DNA of 16,164 nt from a virus (Duplodnaviria > Heunggongvirae > Uroviricota > Caudoviricetes): the IMG/VR virus record IMGVR_UViG_3300012275_000005. The stretch is one strand, 5' to 3'. Positions 15,201 to 16,164 of the stretch are shown here, piece after piece. Below the pieces are notes generated by a model. The model worked only from the letters and a program-made list of their open reading frames with translations, ran no database searches and had not been told where the DNA came from. A program made the translations under genes and the position numbers. Position 1 is the first letter of the stretch. Each line of letters starts with the position of its first letter.

Positions 15201-15479
15201 TTTGCGAAAGGTGCCGGGTTGATGGGCGAGGCCGGGCCTGAAGCAATCATGCCACTGACACGGGCAGCGGACGGCTCTCTTGGGGTCAGGGCCATTGGAA
15301 ATGTGAATGGTGGCGGTGGATTTGTTTATTCTCCCGTGTATCACATCAGCATTCAGAATCAAGGGAGCAATGGCGAGATAGATGCGCGCTCAGCCAGGGG
15401 ACTGGTGGATCTGATCGACAGCAGGGTTGTGTCAATTATGCAGTCATCGCGTCGGGATGGAGGATTGTACAGTGCCTGA
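12246..15479 (+). CDS. tail tape measure protein
   Basis: 1077-aa uninterrupted ORF, Ala/Gln-rich and largely helical in character; C-terminal …AIMPLTRAADGSLGV… region resembles lambda H; located after G/GT as in lambda. Confidence 0.9.
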   Translation: MSVATLRELIIKISANSRSFQSEISRASRMGQDYYRTMQNGGRQSAAASREMRRALAEVTDQINTAKSSALNMAGAFAGAFATGHLISLADEWNSVNARLKQASQSSDDFQVSQRELMAISQRTGTAFSDNASLFARSAASMREYGYSSEEVLKVTEAISTGLKLSGASTAEASSVITQFSQALAQGVLRGEEFNSVNENGDRVIRALAAGMGVARKDLKAMADNGKLTADKVVPALISQLGALRDEYAAMPDTVSSSATKVENAFMAWVGGANEASGVTKTLTGVLNGVADNIDTVAAAAGALVAVGVARYFGNMASSAGSATAGLITAARNEVALAEAQLRGTQIATARARAAVYRAQQAVVAARGTERQAAAEAKLTAAQASLTRNIAARTAAQTTLNTVTSVGSRLLSGALGVVGGVPGLVMLGATAWYTMYQNQEQARESARQYAATIDEIRQKTSAMSLPEASDNEEKTRQALDEQNRLIDEQKSKIKSLQEKIAGYQYVLANPGWTTDNGFMINHMTSVKAVTEGLAEATNQLAVEQSRLTQMQGKAQSIQDVLAGLEERRVALIRQQAAEQNKAYQSLLIMNGQHTEFNRLLGLGNELLQQRQGLVNVPLRLPQATLDDKQQTALNNSERELALSRLKGEARERARLGYAADDLGFVGEAYQTARQNYINNSLDAWRNNQANKPKAHKKTEAEKTEDIYKRLIKQQKEQIALAGQNTELAKMKYQVSQGELSTLSEAQKKTLLQNAALIDQKKIREQLAAYESSLADSNASARASDEAQLLGYGEGSRMRERLQEMWSIRQAFEQKNNELLRQYQAGEIEEALWKQEKELNKKYLEERLSDQQDYYAKADALRNNWNAGLQEGLTNWADSATDYASQAADAVVSTMDGLVSNISDALAGNVVDWRNWGSSVLREVSKILMNAAIVNGLKSLSGAGGWLGTVGGWISGAVANAKGGVYTSANLSAYSNTIVDTPTYFAFAKGAGLMGEAGPEAIMPLTRAADGSLGVRAIGNVNGGGGFVYSPVYHISIQNQGSNGEIDARSARGLVDLIDSRVVSIMQSSRRDGGLYSA

Positions 15480-15813
15480 GCCTGAAGTTTTTAACTGGAT
15501 CCCCCGTGAGGGGATGGAGACGACACGAAAGCCATCAGTTATTACGGTAAAGTTTGGTGACGGATATGAACAGCGACGGGCTGGTGGTCTGAATGCGGAT
15601 CTGAAAACGTTTAAACCGGTATTTCGTGTCACAGATGAATATTCCCGTGCCGCGCTGGACAGTTTTTTATCCCGTCATGCCGGGATTCGTGCTTTTTTGT
15701 GGCGTCCGCCAAAACACAACAGGACTGTCCGGGTTGTCTGCAGGGAGTGGAGCATTTCGGATAATGCCATGTATACCGATTTTAACTGTACCTTTGAAGA
15801 GGTCACTCACTGA
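15472..15813 (+). CDS. minor tail protein (lambda M-like)
   Basis: …VKFGDGYEQRRAGGLNADLKTFKPVF…FLWRPP… matches the lambda gpM pattern (…FGDGYSQRAPAGLNANLKTY…FLWTPP…) as I recall it. GTG 15472 has GGAGG 8 nt upstream and overlaps the tape measure stop; the track start is 15427, alternative ATG 15457. Confidence 0.8.
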   Translation: MPEPEVFNWIPREGMETTRKPSVITVKFGDGYEQRRAGGLNADLKTFKPVFRVTDEYSRAALDSFLSRHAGIRAFLWRPPKHNRTVRVVCREWSISDNAMYTDFNCTFEEVTH

Positions 15814-16164
15814 TGCAGGATATACAGCAGGAAACACTCAATGAGTGCACTAAAACGGAGCAATCCGCGCTGGTCGTGCTCTGGGAAATTGATCTGACAG
15901 AGGTCGGCGGAGATCGTTATTTCTTCTGTAATGAGCAGAACGAAAAGGGTGAACCAGTCACCTGGCAGGGGCGGCAGTATCAGGCTTATCCCATTCAGGG
16001 AAGCGGATTTGAGATGAACGGCAAAGGAGCCAGTGCAAGGCCAACGCTTAAAGTCTCTAACCTGTACGGCATGGTCACCGGGATGGCGGAAGATCTGCAG
16101 AGTCTGGTCGGCGGAACGGTGGTCCGGCGTAAGGTTTACGCCCGTTTTCTGGATGCGGTGAACT
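15813..16164 (+). CDS. minor tail protein (lambda L-like), 3' end beyond window
   Basis: ATG overlaps the M stop (TGATG). Translation MQDIQQETLNECTKTEQSALVVLWEIDLTEVGGDRYFFCNEQNEKGEPVTWQGRQYQAYPIQGSGFEMNGKG…VVRRKVYARFLDAVN is very close to lambda gpL as I recall it. Absent from the ORF track because no stop codon is reached before the window ends. Confidence 0.85.
   Translation, partial: MQDIQQETLNECTKTEQSALVVLWEIDLTEVGGDRYFFCNEQNEKGEPVTWQGRQYQAYPIQGSGFEMNGKGASARPTLKVSNLYGMVTGMAEDLQSLVGGTVVRRKVYARFLDAVN

Noticed and set aside
12309-15362. Short ORFs in other frames or on the other strand within the tape measure gene
   Set aside because: All lie inside the uninterrupted 1077-aa tape measure ORF; none has RBS or motif support.

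Overview
This window is the late (lysis plus virion morphogenesis) region of a lambdoid siphovirus-type prophage, probably in an Escherichia-like enterobacterial genome; that host call rests on recalled similarity of Rz/Rz1, the pinholin tail and the L protein to coliphage proteins, since no search could be run. I did not find convincing evidence of a multi-gene novel system. The most plausible accessory locus is an AT-rich, antisense GNAT acetyltransferase moron between the lysis and packaging modules, reported as a candidate only. Gene order left to right: 5'-truncated tRNA-Gly(UCC); two long inverted repeats; N gap; C-terminal end of an S21-type pinholin; a frame-disrupted ORF; SAR-type endolysin; Rz/Rz1 spanins; N gap; the GNAT moron; a small ORF; HNH endonuclease; P27-family TerS; TerL; a small 2-TM ORF; HK97-type portal, prohead protease and major capsid protein; connector/neck proteins; major tail protein with an Ig-like C-terminus; G/GT tail chaperones with an A-AAA-AAG -1 slippery site; a 1077-aa tape measure; lambda M-like and partial L-like proteins. 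All genes except the GNAT gene are on the + strand. No rRNA, CRISPR array, integrase or transposase was seen. The sequence is draft quality: three N runs and at least three apparent 1-nt frame disruptions (ORF 548..899, portal, head-closure gene), which are either assembly indels or real prophage decay.
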